A stretch of DNA of 39,925 bases from Elsinoe ampelina (taxonomy: Eukaryota). A model generated the notes under the pieces. The model saw only the letters and a program-made list of their open reading frames with translations, was not told the origin of the DNA and made no database searches. Positions 10,564 through 20,685 of the stretch are shown here, piece by piece (the stretch's first letter is position 1; the number at the start of each line of letters is the position of its first letter). Both the position numbers and the translations under genes were made by a program. The stretch is from positions 1 through 39,925 of the forward strand of contig ML992540.1 in the NCBI GenBank assembly GCA_010093995.1. The letters are read 5' to 3'.

Positions 10564-11309
10564 TCAAATCACCCACCTGTAACTAGCATACCTCCCCGCC
10601 GTCTCACTCTTCCTGATGATTTTCACCACCTGCCCCCTCCTCAGTCCCAAATACTTTGCGACCGGATCCTCCATCCTAATCCTCGGCAACTGCGTTTCCT
10701 TGAGCCTATACCTCTCCAGCAGCGCCTTCTTCTCCGTCGGCGTGAGCAGGATATGTTTCGGCACCAACTCATGCCGCGTGATATTCACCAACAGATCCTG
10801 CTCGGGCCACACCTCGATGCCAATCGGCAGGTTGGCGGCGCTCTTCAGCGCAGACGTCGTGATGCTCGCTCCCGTGACGAATACGCCGGAGTAGTAGTTG
10901 TGTTCGTGCAGGAAGGAGGCGAAGACCCGCAGTTGTTTGATGCCGATGGCCGCGTCCGGGTTGAATTCGACGTAGATGGTGCCGGTGGCCGCCGGGGTGC
11001 CTTCCGGGTTGGCTTTGGAGGGGAGCGGGGTGTGTTTGGCCATTAGGGCGGGGGTGGGGCGCGCGGAGAAGTTGAGGGTGGATTTGTTGAGGGGGGTGCT
11101 GTTGGGGGTGGCGAGGGAGCGGAATTCTTCGAAGGGGAGGTTGCATTCTTCTTCGGTGAGTTCGTAGCCCTGGGGGAGGAGGGGGTTTAGTGATGGGAGG
11201 GAAGGGGAAGGGGGAAGGGGAGAGGTACCCGGTCGTAGAGCATTTGTTTGGTGGTTTTCCAGACGCGCCACATGCGAGAGAGCTCGCGGCGGCTGTCTTC
11301 GTCGGACAT
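10564..11309 (-). CDS. RPB5: RNA polymerases I/II/III shared subunit RPABC1; exons 11309-11229 and 11169-10564
   Basis: Exon 1 reads MSDEDSRRELSRMWRVWKTTKQMLYDR. Intron GTACC..CTAAAC..CAG at 11170-11228. C-terminal 'LLVNITRHELVPKH..LPRI..EDPVAKYLGLRRGQVVKIIRKSETAGRYASYRWV' is the RPB5 signature. Confidence 0.97.
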
Positions 11310-11738
11310 GGTGAGGGTGGTGGTGTGAGGGGAGGTGGTGGTGTTGGTGCAAAGGTGAGGTTGGACAGCAGGTCTTGCAGAAAAGTTGCATGACTCGTGA
11401 CTTCACCGCTGGGCAGAATAGGTTGGCACAAACACATAGCTCTGGGCATGGAACTGCCTTCAGTATTTCTCATTATGGCCACTCTCCAGGTGATTGTGTT
11501 TCTTCAGACACCTTTCTCCTATTTCACAACAGAGGATTGAAATATCAGCATTGTCTCGACGTCACACTTCGCGCTCGTGCGCCCTGGGTCCCAGCTAGGT
11601 GATTCCCATATTTCCTTGACCTCCAGCTTACTTTATAACATTTCACCTTACCTACTTAATATAGCCGCGACACAAGAACACCACTGTGTCATGTCTCGAG
11701 CGTAACACGCACACAGTCCATCAAACTCGTCCTTCAAC

Positions 11739-13907
11739 ATGGCAGCACCATCCATCCCAAATCTTGCCACACTGCGCGGCAGAGGAGGCGGACTCCGCGG
11801 ACGAGCTCGCGGCCGTGGTCAAAGCACCGAAGACGACGAAGCCAGCCAAGCGAGATTCCGGGATCAGACGATTCAGCAGACTGACAATGACGCGGCATCT
11901 TCAAGAATGTCGGCCGTGTCGCTTGGTTATCTGGAAGATCCATATGCCCAGGCGTTCGCCCCGTTTCCGCCACCACGTCGCTACCCACTCATCAACAGAG
12001 GTACATATGTACGCACTACCGCCATTGATTGCCTGATCAAGATCTTTCTACAGACGGACTATGGATCACCAAAGCAGATCATCTCACTGGGTGCCGGGTC
12101 TGATACACGGTTCTTCCGACTGCACCAAGTGGAGAATCTGATCTACCACGAGCTCGACTTTGCCGACAATACCTCTACGAAGATTTCCAAGATCAAGAAC
12201 AGTCAAGTCCTGAAAAACACGCTCAAAGATCCTCACGAACATGGGGATGGCTTCGAAGTCACCGTGTTCAGAGACTGTCTCTATTCCAAGAAGCTCAATA
12301 TCCACGCCCTCGACCTTCGTACACTTGTAGATCATCCCACCGAACAACCGCCACTACGCAACCTCAATCCCGATATCCCGACATTGATCCTCTCGGAATG
12401 TTGCCTCACATATCTTACGCTGGATGCATCAAACCAGATCCTTAAGTACATTTTGTACAAGTGGCTCACTCCCGCCACTCCGGTCGGAGTTGTTCTGTAC
12501 GAGCCAATCAAGCCTCTGGACGCTTTCGGCAAGACAATGTCCAGCAATCTCGCTTCCAGGAATATCGAGATGCCTTCGCTCAAGGCTCTGCCAACACTGC
12601 AATGCCATCGCAAACGTCTGCAGAATATCAGCACTTTCAAAGCTGGTGCTCGCACGGTCTACGACATATACGCCGGCGAGGTCAGGCCAGCAGAGCAGCT
12701 CTACGAAGAAATCATGTCAATACCCAAAAGCACGCTGAATCGCTACCAACACCCACGTATCCGCTTCAGCCTTGGCAGTACAGGTTGCCAGCAGTGCAAC
12801 GGGGACCATCGCCAGAAACATTGCCCGAACCCTTTGTGTCAGTCTTGTGGCGGACCGCATCGCGAATGTACTATTAGTCGCTGTGAAGTATGCGGCCAAG
12901 TTCATGGTGACGGCAATTGCACGATCGGGGGCTGCGCTGCGTGTGGCGAGATCCATCCACTTTACAAGTGCAAACTACAGGAGGATTTTACATCGGCCTA
13001 CCGGCGTAACAATCAGCATAGCGAGCAGTTCAAGAACGCGATAAAGCAGGGGAAACGAGAGAAGTCGCACCGACGACAAGAAGAAGCACGAACATTTCTC
13101 AGAAGCAACCCTGATCGGGCGCTTCCGGCTGCAGATCGCGAACAAGTCGATCGCCCAACTGGTCCACTTGTACCATGCACAGGAGGTGACAACCCGGAGC
13201 TGGACAAACTGATGGAAGGTCCATGTAAAATTTGCGGTGGTCTACATTGGCGCAAGGTTTGCCCGAACAGGGCAGCGTTGAAGCGGAAACAAAACGACAG
13301 TGTAGAAAAGACTGCCTCAGCAGCCGGTGAGACCAAAGGACCACGCAATATCCCACAGCTGGACGGCGCCAGCGATGAGCCAATTGGTACCACATCCGGC
13401 GACACCACGACCACACCCATCGAATCCGACGCCGACGACCTCATCGATCTCCGCACCCCTCCCCGTCCGACACCAAGCCCCAATTTCAACTTTTGGTCTC
13501 CTCCCTCAGCCACGCCCTCCCCTTCTACCGCTCCGGCCGGATCTGCCGAAAACCTTGACTACTCCGAGATGTGGATTCCTCCCGCCGAACGAGAGCGCGT
13601 GGAAAAGCTCGAATGGCTTGACGAGATCGAAGAATGGCAATTGCTCGCTAGCCATTACTGTGTAGTCTGGGGATGGCGCGACGGCGCGGCGCTGGACGAA
13701 ACAGCCGAGGTTTTCGACCGAGCCTGGACGGGGATTGGCGGTCATTGGCAGGAGAAGGAGCGCAAAGACGATGAGCTGCATTCCGAAGTGAGGAGGAAGG
13801 ACGCAGCCCCGGTACCGAAGAGGGATGTGGTCATGGTGCCGAGACCAAGGCTGTATGAGGATGACGAGGAGGAGAGGAAAAGGTTGGAGAGGATTAGGAA
13901 GAAGTGA
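11739..13907 (+). CDS. PPM1: Leucine carboxyl methyltransferase 1 (PP2A methyltransferase) with a large internal CCHC zinc-knuckle insertion
   Basis: LCM motifs 'IQQTDNDAASSRMSAVSLGYLEDPY', 'RRYPLINRGTYVRT', 'QIISLGAGSDTRFF', 'YHELDF', 'PTLILSECCLTYL', 'LYEPI..DAFGKTM..NL..R' and C-terminal 'LEWLDEIEEWQLLASHYC'. No kelch repeats, so not Ppm2/Tyw4. Confidence 0.9.
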   Translation: MAAPSIPNLATLRGRGGGLRGRARGRGQSTEDDEASQARFRDQTIQQTDNDAASSRMSAVSLGYLEDPYAQAFAPFPPPRRYPLINRGTYVRTTAIDCLIKIFLQTDYGSPKQIISLGAGSDTRFFRLHQVENLIYHELDFADNTSTKISKIKNSQVLKNTLKDPHEHGDGFEVTVFRDCLYSKKLNIHALDLRTLVDHPTEQPPLRNLNPDIPTLILSECCLTYLTLDASNQILKYILYKWLTPATPVGVVLYEPIKPLDAFGKTMSSNLASRNIEMPSLKALPTLQCHRKRLQNISTFKAGARTVYDIYAGEVRPAEQLYEEIMSIPKSTLNRYQHPRIRFSLGSTGCQQCNGDHRQKHCPNPLCQSCGGPHRECTISRCEVCGQVHGDGNCTIGGCAACGEIHPLYKCKLQEDFTSAYRRNNQHSEQFKNAIKQGKREKSHRRQEEARTFLRSNPDRALPAADREQVDRPTGPLVPCTGGDNPELDKLMEGPCKICGGLHWRKVCPNRAALKRKQNDSVEKTASAAGETKGPRNIPQLDGASDEPIGTTSGDTTTTPIESDADDLIDLRTPPRPTPSPNFNFWSPPSATPSPSTAPAGSAENLDYSEMWIPPAERERVEKLEWLDEIEEWQLLASHYCVVWGWRDGAALDETAEVFDRAWTGIGGHWQEKERKDDELHSEVRRKDAAPVPKRDVVMVPRPRLYEDDEEERKRLERIRKK

Positions 13908-14635
13908 AGGAGGGACAGCGAGCATCTGGAGGCGACGAGCAAAGATCGTGTTGGGTTAGGGAAGACGGGCTGGGGGCGGAAACTTGCTAGTGACAACTTG
14001 TTCCAGCCCTGTATTAGGACAGCATGATGGTGGTCGCTACAAGAAACGTGATGCCGTGCTTCAGCAGCGGGGACGAAAGCATGTGGTGTAGTATACTTGA
14101 CAGTGCAGCACATAATAAGAGCATACTTCCACGACTTTCTCTTTCCACATGTCGCCTCGGTGATGACGATCGACGGTGCTTCTCATTGCGAACTAAGGCT
14201 TCCACTCACGGTCACAGGACATGTGAAAGCGAAGGTCATAGACACATACAGTCAAGAAAGAGGTTGTAGTAATACCTGGGTATGTCCAAAGATTCTATAC
14301 ATTATACACAAAAGCCAGTGATGGCTTGATTTCCCTCTCCGGCCCTCCCTTCCTTACCTCGATCCATTTCAATCCTCTTCGATCCAGGTATACATGTACA
14401 ATCGATCCACCTCCACCACTTGCTCATGGGGTACTACCAAACACCTCCTCACTCTTCGCCCTGCCTTTCACCACGAATCCAGACCTCCACTGGCCCTTTC
14501 CTTCGCACCGCTCTCCTTCCATGCCCGTGTCCCACTCTGAACCCCTTCCCTCATCTCCGCTCTCAACCATTCATGGATCTCCGCGTGCGTCCCTCAGTCC
14601 ATCCCAGCCTTTGTCCCGGCTCATCAGACTCGTCC

Positions 14636-17600
14636 TCAGAAACCCCTGAAAGGATCCCTCCCCTCGTCATCGAACACGTACCCAAGCCGGCGCTTATCTT
14701 CCGTGCCTATAGTTCCTTTCGTACCTACTGTCCCGATCGTCCCACTCGTCCCATTCGTGGCATTCGTGGCATTCGTCGCGTTCGTCCCCATGCTTCCCAC
14801 GCTGCCCTGCCGTAGACTAAACAGGGACTCCCCATCACCTCTCTCCTTTTCCCTTCCACTCGCCCCATCACCGTTGGACTGGGAATGAGAGCCGGATCCA
14901 CCAGGTACGACCTTCCTCCTCAGCCCAGTGACCAAGCCAAGACCAGTCCGCGGCTCTCTCCCCCTCCCCCTCTCCCTCTCCTTCTCCCTCTCCTTGTCCC
15001 TATCCCTCGCGCGGTCATACCCACGACCCGCCCCGGAACCCACCCCATCAACCCCCTTGCCCGAAACCATCCCCTCCCCCGCCGCCACGGCCAAAGACGA
15101 GAAAAACCCCGCCTTCCCCTCGAGCCCAACCGTGCCGGACGAGGAAGAAGTGTACTCCATCGGACTCAGGGGCGAAGCACCAGCGGGGTTGAAGCTCCGG
15201 CGCCACTTGCCTCCTTCCCCGCCTCCTCGGACGGCTGTTTCTGTGCCGAGACCGGTGCCGAGAGCGAGGTTGAGACCGAGACCTACGGCGGGGATTGGGG
15301 CGGAGGTGGGGCCGTGTGCGTTGCCGTTGGAGGGGGGGAGGGACGTGGGGGTCGGGGCGGGGCGTGCTCGGGGTTGGGGGGTGTCGAGGGCGGGTTTACG
15401 GTCTGGTAGGCCGGGGGATGGGAGGGGGGAAGGGGTGGGGGCGATGCGGGGCCGGGGGTCGAAGGCCGGGAAGTGCCCTGTTATCAGCGGGGTGCGTTGG
15501 CCTGATGCGTTGCCTGATGTGGAGAAGGCGGAGGATGCGAGGGATTGGACGCTTGGTCTGCGGTCTTGGACTGTGCGGTCGCGGGCGAGTTCTTCGGATG
15601 AAGGAGGGAGTGGGCGTGCGAGGCCGGGGCTGATTGGGGTGGGGAAGTTGGTGGAGGGGTCGACGAAGGCGGTCATTCGCATTGTAGAGGGCTTGTTGGA
15701 GGAGGTGGAGGAGGAGGGTGCGGGTGATGGTCGAGCAGGTGGGAAGGATGGTGATGCTGGGGAGAGTGGTTGTTGGGCGCTGGTGAGAGTGCCCCGGCGG
15801 GAGGAGACGAGGGATGTCAAGGATGTGGGCAGACGAATGGGATTGGTGTTGGAGCGGCGGCGCATGTGCGTCTGAGAGGAGGTCGAGGTCAGAGTAGGTT
15901 CCGTGCCATGAGCCAAGGTGGAGAGAGCCTCGGTATTGGGGCCTGGAGAGGTCAATGTATCCCGACGAGAGGTCCCCTGCTGGTCTTGTGACGGCTGAGA
16001 TGACTGCTTTGACATGTTGGAGACATTTGAGCCACGTCGGAAACGATGTGTCTGAATGTCGGGGATACCAAGCGGCATGTCCGGGTGCTGATACACACGA
16101 GTGTTTAGACTGCTACTCTGAGGACCCGAGACTAGCGTGTAGCTTGGTTCTGAAGGGGACTGCAGTCCACGGGGTCGACTGGCTTGAGATTGACCGGCAT
16201 GAGGATTAGTCGATGCTGGAGCAGAAAAGTTGCGACCTTGTGGTATGTGCACACCCAACTGAGATGCGGAGGCTTTGGAGACCGAGGCACTGATAACGTT
16301 GTCCTTGTGCTCGAGAGTCTCGGAGCGAACATGACCGAGCCGCTGTTCTGTCTCTGGCTGAACGCTGAGCTTCTTTTGAGGAACTCGAGGTACATATGGC
16401 ATGCCAGAAGAAGGATTTGCAAGGAACGACAAGGCCATCAACCAGTGATAATGGCGTTCTTTGTTGGGTGCAGTGAGCTTCAGAGGTCTCTCTGGAGTCA
16501 GGATGACAATCGATCTGGTGTAGCAGGTCGCATAATTCGAGTTCTTCGGAAGCGGGCTGGGATCAGCAATGTCGAGGACAGTCTTGATCAACAATTTCCG
16601 TCCCTTGCTGCCCATCAATTGGCTTCCACCCACTGGCTGCTTGCTGCTCCACATGACGGTACGTTCGTAGGGTGAGATCCAGACCCAGCGCCTCTGCCGT
16701 GTTGTGTCTTTGGTATCGTTGCCAAACTCCTTCCCGCTATCGACCATGCCAAAAGACTTGCGCTTTTGAGCATATTTCCACATCCACTCGCCGACCATGG
16801 CTGCAGCGATGGAGTCTACCAACGGCGTATCACGGTCATCCGGCACTTGAGCTGGAGATGGTTCGATGCTGGGTGACAGGGTGGAGTCGAGCTGTTCCTC
16901 CTCGATAGGTGCATAGGGATCGTCCAATTCGTCAAGCTCGTTCTCAAAAGCCATGCTCTGTATGGGAGCAAGCCGAGTGGCAGCCCTCCTTCTCCGTTTT
17001 GGTGAAGTCTGACCAGCACGTTTGATGCTATTGGAGGATCGAGTCTTTCGAACCCCGGTAGGTCTGCCGGACGAATAAGTTGGGGTGCGTCGCTTTGGAC
17101 TGCCGTCGTAAGCGGAGCCTGACAACTCTTCTTCCAGTATATCAGCATGAATGCGGGAGCTCGAGCGATCGGGGACTGGTATGGGTGGTGGTTGCGAAGC
17201 AGCGCTGAAGATACTAGAATCTACCGTGTCAATGCTAGAAGCGCGACTTCTGAAGGACGTTCGAAGACCCAGGGCACCCGAGTCTCGATTGTTTGATTGA
17301 TCAGAATTTCTGAGACTCGTCCATCGATCATCGCTGTCACGATTGCTGCTGTCCCTATTCTGCTGGTGTTGTAGCATGAACGGCTCTGAGGTGTCGGACA
17401 GGTGGCTTTTGCGCATGTCGCGGCCAAGCATCGATGATTGACCACTCTTGATACCTTGACCGTCGTGCAAAGACCTCAACATGTCACTAGATCGTGTTGA
17501 ATGACCTCCCCAGAGGCTGGACTGCGTAGCTTGACCTCCAGAACTCCTGGACTCATCAAAGACTGGGGACTTGCCGAGGCCGGATCTCTCCACAGTATCT

Positions 17601-19357
17601 CTGATAGCTTGGGTCTCGAAATTGGTAGCCATTTCCTGAACTGATACACTCTGAATGGTATCTCGGCTGATTTGACTTTCGTAAGAGATGGGTCGTCGCT
17701 CGTTTGAACTGTCCAATTGATCAACGTCAGGCTCCAGATGTGCCCTGAAACGGCGAAGATCGATCCGGATCTCTTCAGTTTGGACTTGGGCGTCTATAGA
17801 AGTGGTGGTGATGGATGGGTCCGTTTGTGAGCCAATGCTTGCTGTCTGAGGCGGAAGTACAGTTGAGTTTCTTGGAGATGGCGGAGCAGTCGACGGTGGA
17901 TGAATGGCGATATGTGGGACCGCGAATCGATCAGATTCGATGATGGGAGTGTGAGGGGTAATGGATATCTCAGGGAGTGTTTCGGGATCATACTGAGTGC
18001 TAGCGTCCGCGTATAAGGATCTGTCAATAGTGGTAGATTTCTTTTCCTGCTCGACGGGTAGCGGCACAGTGTCGCCCTCGATTGGGAGTGTCAGATCGGC
18101 ACTGAATGTGCGATTCTTCCATGCCGGGATGGGCTCGTCCGTCTGCGTGGATGCGGCCACCATGGGTGTGGGTCTCGGTGATGGCTCGGCTCCGGTCTGT
18201 TGTTCTTGAGCTCTCCGCCAGTTTGCAAAGTAATCATTTGGCATGCCAGTGTCTCCGCAAGTCGCATTGGCAGATCTGCTGTTGGGGTCTGTGATGAGAT
18301 CTGGATCTGCCAAGGTCTCGTCAGTATCCCTAACATGGCTAGGTCTGTCGAGGCCTAGAATTTTCCTGGCCTTGTCTGGAGACTCGGTATTGCGAGAGGG
18401 TGTGACTTCCAGCAGCGAGTCATCGTTGCTGGTCATCCTGTGTAGATCTAGTTCATCGTCCTCATTGGATTCCAATTCATCAGCTAGACTCTTGCCAGCC
18501 ATGAGAGCAGCGGTATAGTCTCGTGGAGGTGTCGAGACCAGGAAATTCTCACTGCGGCCGCTTAGGCTGCTGATATTCCGTCGATGTCTGGGTTTCTGAG
18601 AAGCTGGACTCGCGAATGGGCTGTCATTGCCGAACCCGCTATCGAGTGAGGGCTTTGTCTTGTTCGCTCGTTGAGTGTTGGCGGTGGTCCTGAATTCTTG
18701 CACAACAGTCCGTAGTTGGTTCTCAGTGGTCTGCACACGAAGTTCCAGGTTTCGCTTCTCCGTCTCCCAAGATTGGTTCTTCCTCTCCCAATCTCTTTGC
18801 CATTGTTCAAATTCCTGCTCTTGTCGGCGTGATCTAGAGGTCAAGGCATTCAACTTTGTCCTCAAATCTTGTCCTGTAGAGATGGCCTCATCCCGCTCTT
18901 TGATCAAGTCCTCGGTGACTTGGTAGAGATGCTTCTCGGCATCCTCAGACTGCTTCTTGTTGGCCTTTGTTTCGCGAATTGTCTGGTTGAGTCGATCGTT
19001 TGTCGTTTCATATTCGAGCTTGGTCGACTGAAGATTCGTCTCGAGGTCGTCTATGAAAGCATTCTTGCTGTCCAGCTCTCTGCGCAGATTGAGAATCTCA
19101 GAAACCAGTGAGGCGTGCAAGGTAGGGGTAATCCGCCGCGGGTCAAGTGACGAAGACTTGCTCTCATTGAACAGAAATGATCTGCGGTTGGTACTGCCTG
19201 GCGAAGTGGAGCGGGCTGAGGATACGTCCCCGGTCTGAGAACTATGACGGTACCATGAGTTCTCTTGCTGCGCGTTACCGGAGTCGGTAGGTGACGGGGG
19301 TCTGAAGGACTCGGAATGTGCATAGAACTGGGTAGCCATATTTGGATTGACGGACAT
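14636..19357 (-). CDS. Cortical coiled-coil protein with Mcp5/Num1/ApsA-type PH domain (Num1-related, orthology uncertain)
   Basis: 1573-aa intronless ORF. N-terminal coiled coil ('LHASLVSEILNLRRELDSKN...'). PH motif 'AMVGEWMWKY..KRKSFG...RQRRWVWISPYERTVMWSSKQP...SIVILTPERPLKLTAPNKERHYHWLMALSFL'. Long low-complexity tail. Confidence 0.8.
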   Translation of the reverse strand: MSVNPNMATQFYAHSESFRPPSPTDSGNAQQENSWYRHSSQTGDVSSARSTSPGSTNRRSFLFNESKSSSLDPRRITPTLHASLVSEILNLRRELDSKNAFIDDLETNLQSTKLEYETTNDRLNQTIRETKANKKQSEDAEKHLYQVTEDLIKERDEAISTGQDLRTKLNALTSRSRRQEQEFEQWQRDWERKNQSWETEKRNLELRVQTTENQLRTVVQEFRTTANTQRANKTKPSLDSGFGNDSPFASPASQKPRHRRNISSLSGRSENFLVSTPPRDYTAALMAGKSLADELESNEDDELDLHRMTSNDDSLLEVTPSRNTESPDKARKILGLDRPSHVRDTDETLADPDLITDPNSRSANATCGDTGMPNDYFANWRRAQEQQTGAEPSPRPTPMVAASTQTDEPIPAWKNRTFSADLTLPIEGDTVPLPVEQEKKSTTIDRSLYADASTQYDPETLPEISITPHTPIIESDRFAVPHIAIHPPSTAPPSPRNSTVLPPQTASIGSQTDPSITTTSIDAQVQTEEIRIDLRRFRAHLEPDVDQLDSSNERRPISYESQISRDTIQSVSVQEMATNFETQAIRDTVERSGLGKSPVFDESRSSGGQATQSSLWGGHSTRSSDMLRSLHDGQGIKSGQSSMLGRDMRKSHLSDTSEPFMLQHQQNRDSSNRDSDDRWTSLRNSDQSNNRDSGALGLRTSFRSRASSIDTVDSSIFSAASQPPPIPVPDRSSSRIHADILEEELSGSAYDGSPKRRTPTYSSGRPTGVRKTRSSNSIKRAGQTSPKRRRRAATRLAPIQSMAFENELDELDDPYAPIEEEQLDSTLSPSIEPSPAQVPDDRDTPLVDSIAAAMVGEWMWKYAQKRKSFGMVDSGKEFGNDTKDTTRQRRWVWISPYERTVMWSSKQPVGGSQLMGSKGRKLLIKTVLDIADPSPLPKNSNYATCYTRSIVILTPERPLKLTAPNKERHYHWLMALSFLANPSSGMPYVPRVPQKKLSVQPETEQRLGHVRSETLEHKDNVISASVSKASASQLGVHIPQGRNFSAPASTNPHAGQSQASRPRGLQSPSEPSYTLVSGPQSSSLNTRVYQHPDMPLGIPDIQTHRFRRGSNVSNMSKQSSQPSQDQQGTSRRDTLTSPGPNTEALSTLAHGTEPTLTSTSSQTHMRRRSNTNPIRLPTSLTSLVSSRRGTLTSAQQPLSPASPSFPPARPSPAPSSSTSSNKPSTMRMTAFVDPSTNFPTPISPGLARPLPPSSEELARDRTVQDRRPSVQSLASSAFSTSGNASGQRTPLITGHFPAFDPRPRIAPTPSPLPSPGLPDRKPALDTPQPRARPAPTPTSLPPSNGNAHGPTSAPIPAVGLGLNLALGTGLGTETAVRGGGEGGKWRRSFNPAGASPLSPMEYTSSSSGTVGLEGKAGFFSSLAVAAGEGMVSGKGVDGVGSGAGRGYDRARDRDKEREKERERGRGREPRTGLGLVTGLRRKVVPGGSGSHSQSNGDGASGREKERGDGESLFSLRQGSVGSMGTNATNATNATNGTSGTIGTVGTKGTIGTEDKRRLGYVFDDEGRDPFRGF
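14752..14787 (-). repeat. 9-bp coding tandem repeat (CATTCGTGG-like, ~4 degenerate units) encoding TNA-TNA-TNA-TNG
   Basis: The + strand reads cattcgtgg cattcgtgg cattcgtcg cgttcgtcc. Confidence 0.7.
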
Positions 19358-20685
19358 TCACTCAATGAAGAGCTACTTGAATCCTGACATTGCCAGGACA
19401 GGTGTTCGCGCTTGACGTCGACGAAGCGGGTGGCGAGGGTAGCAAACGTTGCGAATCGTGCTATAGGCACAACAGCATGGCAACAGGGATGCGAGGTGGA
19501 GTTTTCAAGGCTTTGGATGCAAGGGAGACCAGGGATCTATGGTGTTTCTGTTCTGTCGGACGCGCTATTCAACGTGGCGTTGGAAGGATGCCGTGGCCGC
19601 TGTCAGAGGAATCGAAAAGCGGACTTGATGTATAATGTGTCTCGAAGATGACAATAGAAGTAAGATGGGACGGAAAAGTCATATTCAGGTACAGAGTTGC
19701 TCTCTGCCAGGGGACAGCGCGGCTTGATTGCTGGCTCTCGTGTGCACGAGTCGTGGATGATAGCGACGTCGGGTAGTGCATGCAGATCGCCTAAAACTGG
19801 GACCACCAGACGACGCGATGATGATGAGCTGCAGCCCGCAGAAACGGCGAGGGGAGAGCAAGCCGTAGAGAGGCTCAACCGTGGATGAAGGAGGTACAAA
19901 GGCAGATCTCGAGAGGCCCAAGCTCCCCTCTCCACAGTCTGTTCATCCTTTTTTACAGACAGTCACAAGAGCGAAGCCCGGTGTTTCGTGGGCCTGTCAA
20001 GCTAGCTGCAGCCCGGTCCCGGCTTTGCCATGCTCGTTGCTCACCGTGCAGACTTGTCTCATGCAAGCACTCAAAGGAGCCAGAAAGGAGGGCCACTCGC
20101 GGGCAGATGCTGACTCTGGACTGGTTTCGGGACCCGCTCTTTATTACACGGGAACAATCAGGCCGAACGAGATCTTGCGCTGATCCCTGTCGGCCGTGAG
20201 ATGAGCACCGTGCGAGGAGGCTAGCATCTTGGAAATCAGCACAAGGCTCAAACTTGTGTCTGCTTCTGGCAGTTGCGGGCTGCAGCTCATCTGCTGCATC
20301 TCCAGTGGTTCTGGTAGCCTGCAAGGTAGAAGTCAATGAGCTGATACTGCTGGTGTCTGTTAACAGAGCCGCAACGAGGACACGAAAAAAAAGGGCACGA
20401 GCTCAGCGGTGTGCAGCGAGCACTGACTCTCGTCGCCAGTCACAATTTGGCATAATTTCGGCCCGTCAGCGGGTGCAATTCCGACTTTGTCGAGTCTGAA
20501 TCAATAATGACCAAGCAATATCTGGCACATCTAATTCCCCGCAGTGAATATCGTCCAACACCTACCGTCACGTTCATGTCTCGTGGCTAAATCCCGCCTG
20601 CTCTTCACCGCGACAGTGCTGGCCGACCCGTGTTAGCCTGGACCTCGATTGCCCATCCCGCGCATCGCATCCCAAACCACCGGTC

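Noticed and set aside
11310..11406. His-rich N-terminal extension of RPB5 in the ORF track
   Set aside because: Artefact of reading through the intron in the wrong frame for exon 1; the true ATG is at 11309.
12681..13568. Ppm1 insert as an intein or homing-endonuclease element
   Set aside because: No Cys/Ser start with His-Asn end at the boundaries and no LAGLIDADG motif visible.
1..13907. Functional chromatin/gene-expression cluster (SNF2, p14, Jhd1, RPB5, Ppm1)
   Set aside because: Adjacent housekeeping genes are normal in compact fungal genomes; no shared regulatory motif was seen.
14885..15875. Several long Pro/Gly/Arg-rich + strand ORFs
   Set aside because: Antisense to the PH-domain gene, within the GC-rich skew tract where stops are rare.
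19358..20685. Short ORFs or RNA genes in the 1.3-kb divergent intergenic region (also 1420-2560 and 30100-31000)
   Set aside because: No coherent codon bias, splice model or tRNA cloverleaf recognised; a small ncRNA cannot be excluded without a covariance-model search.
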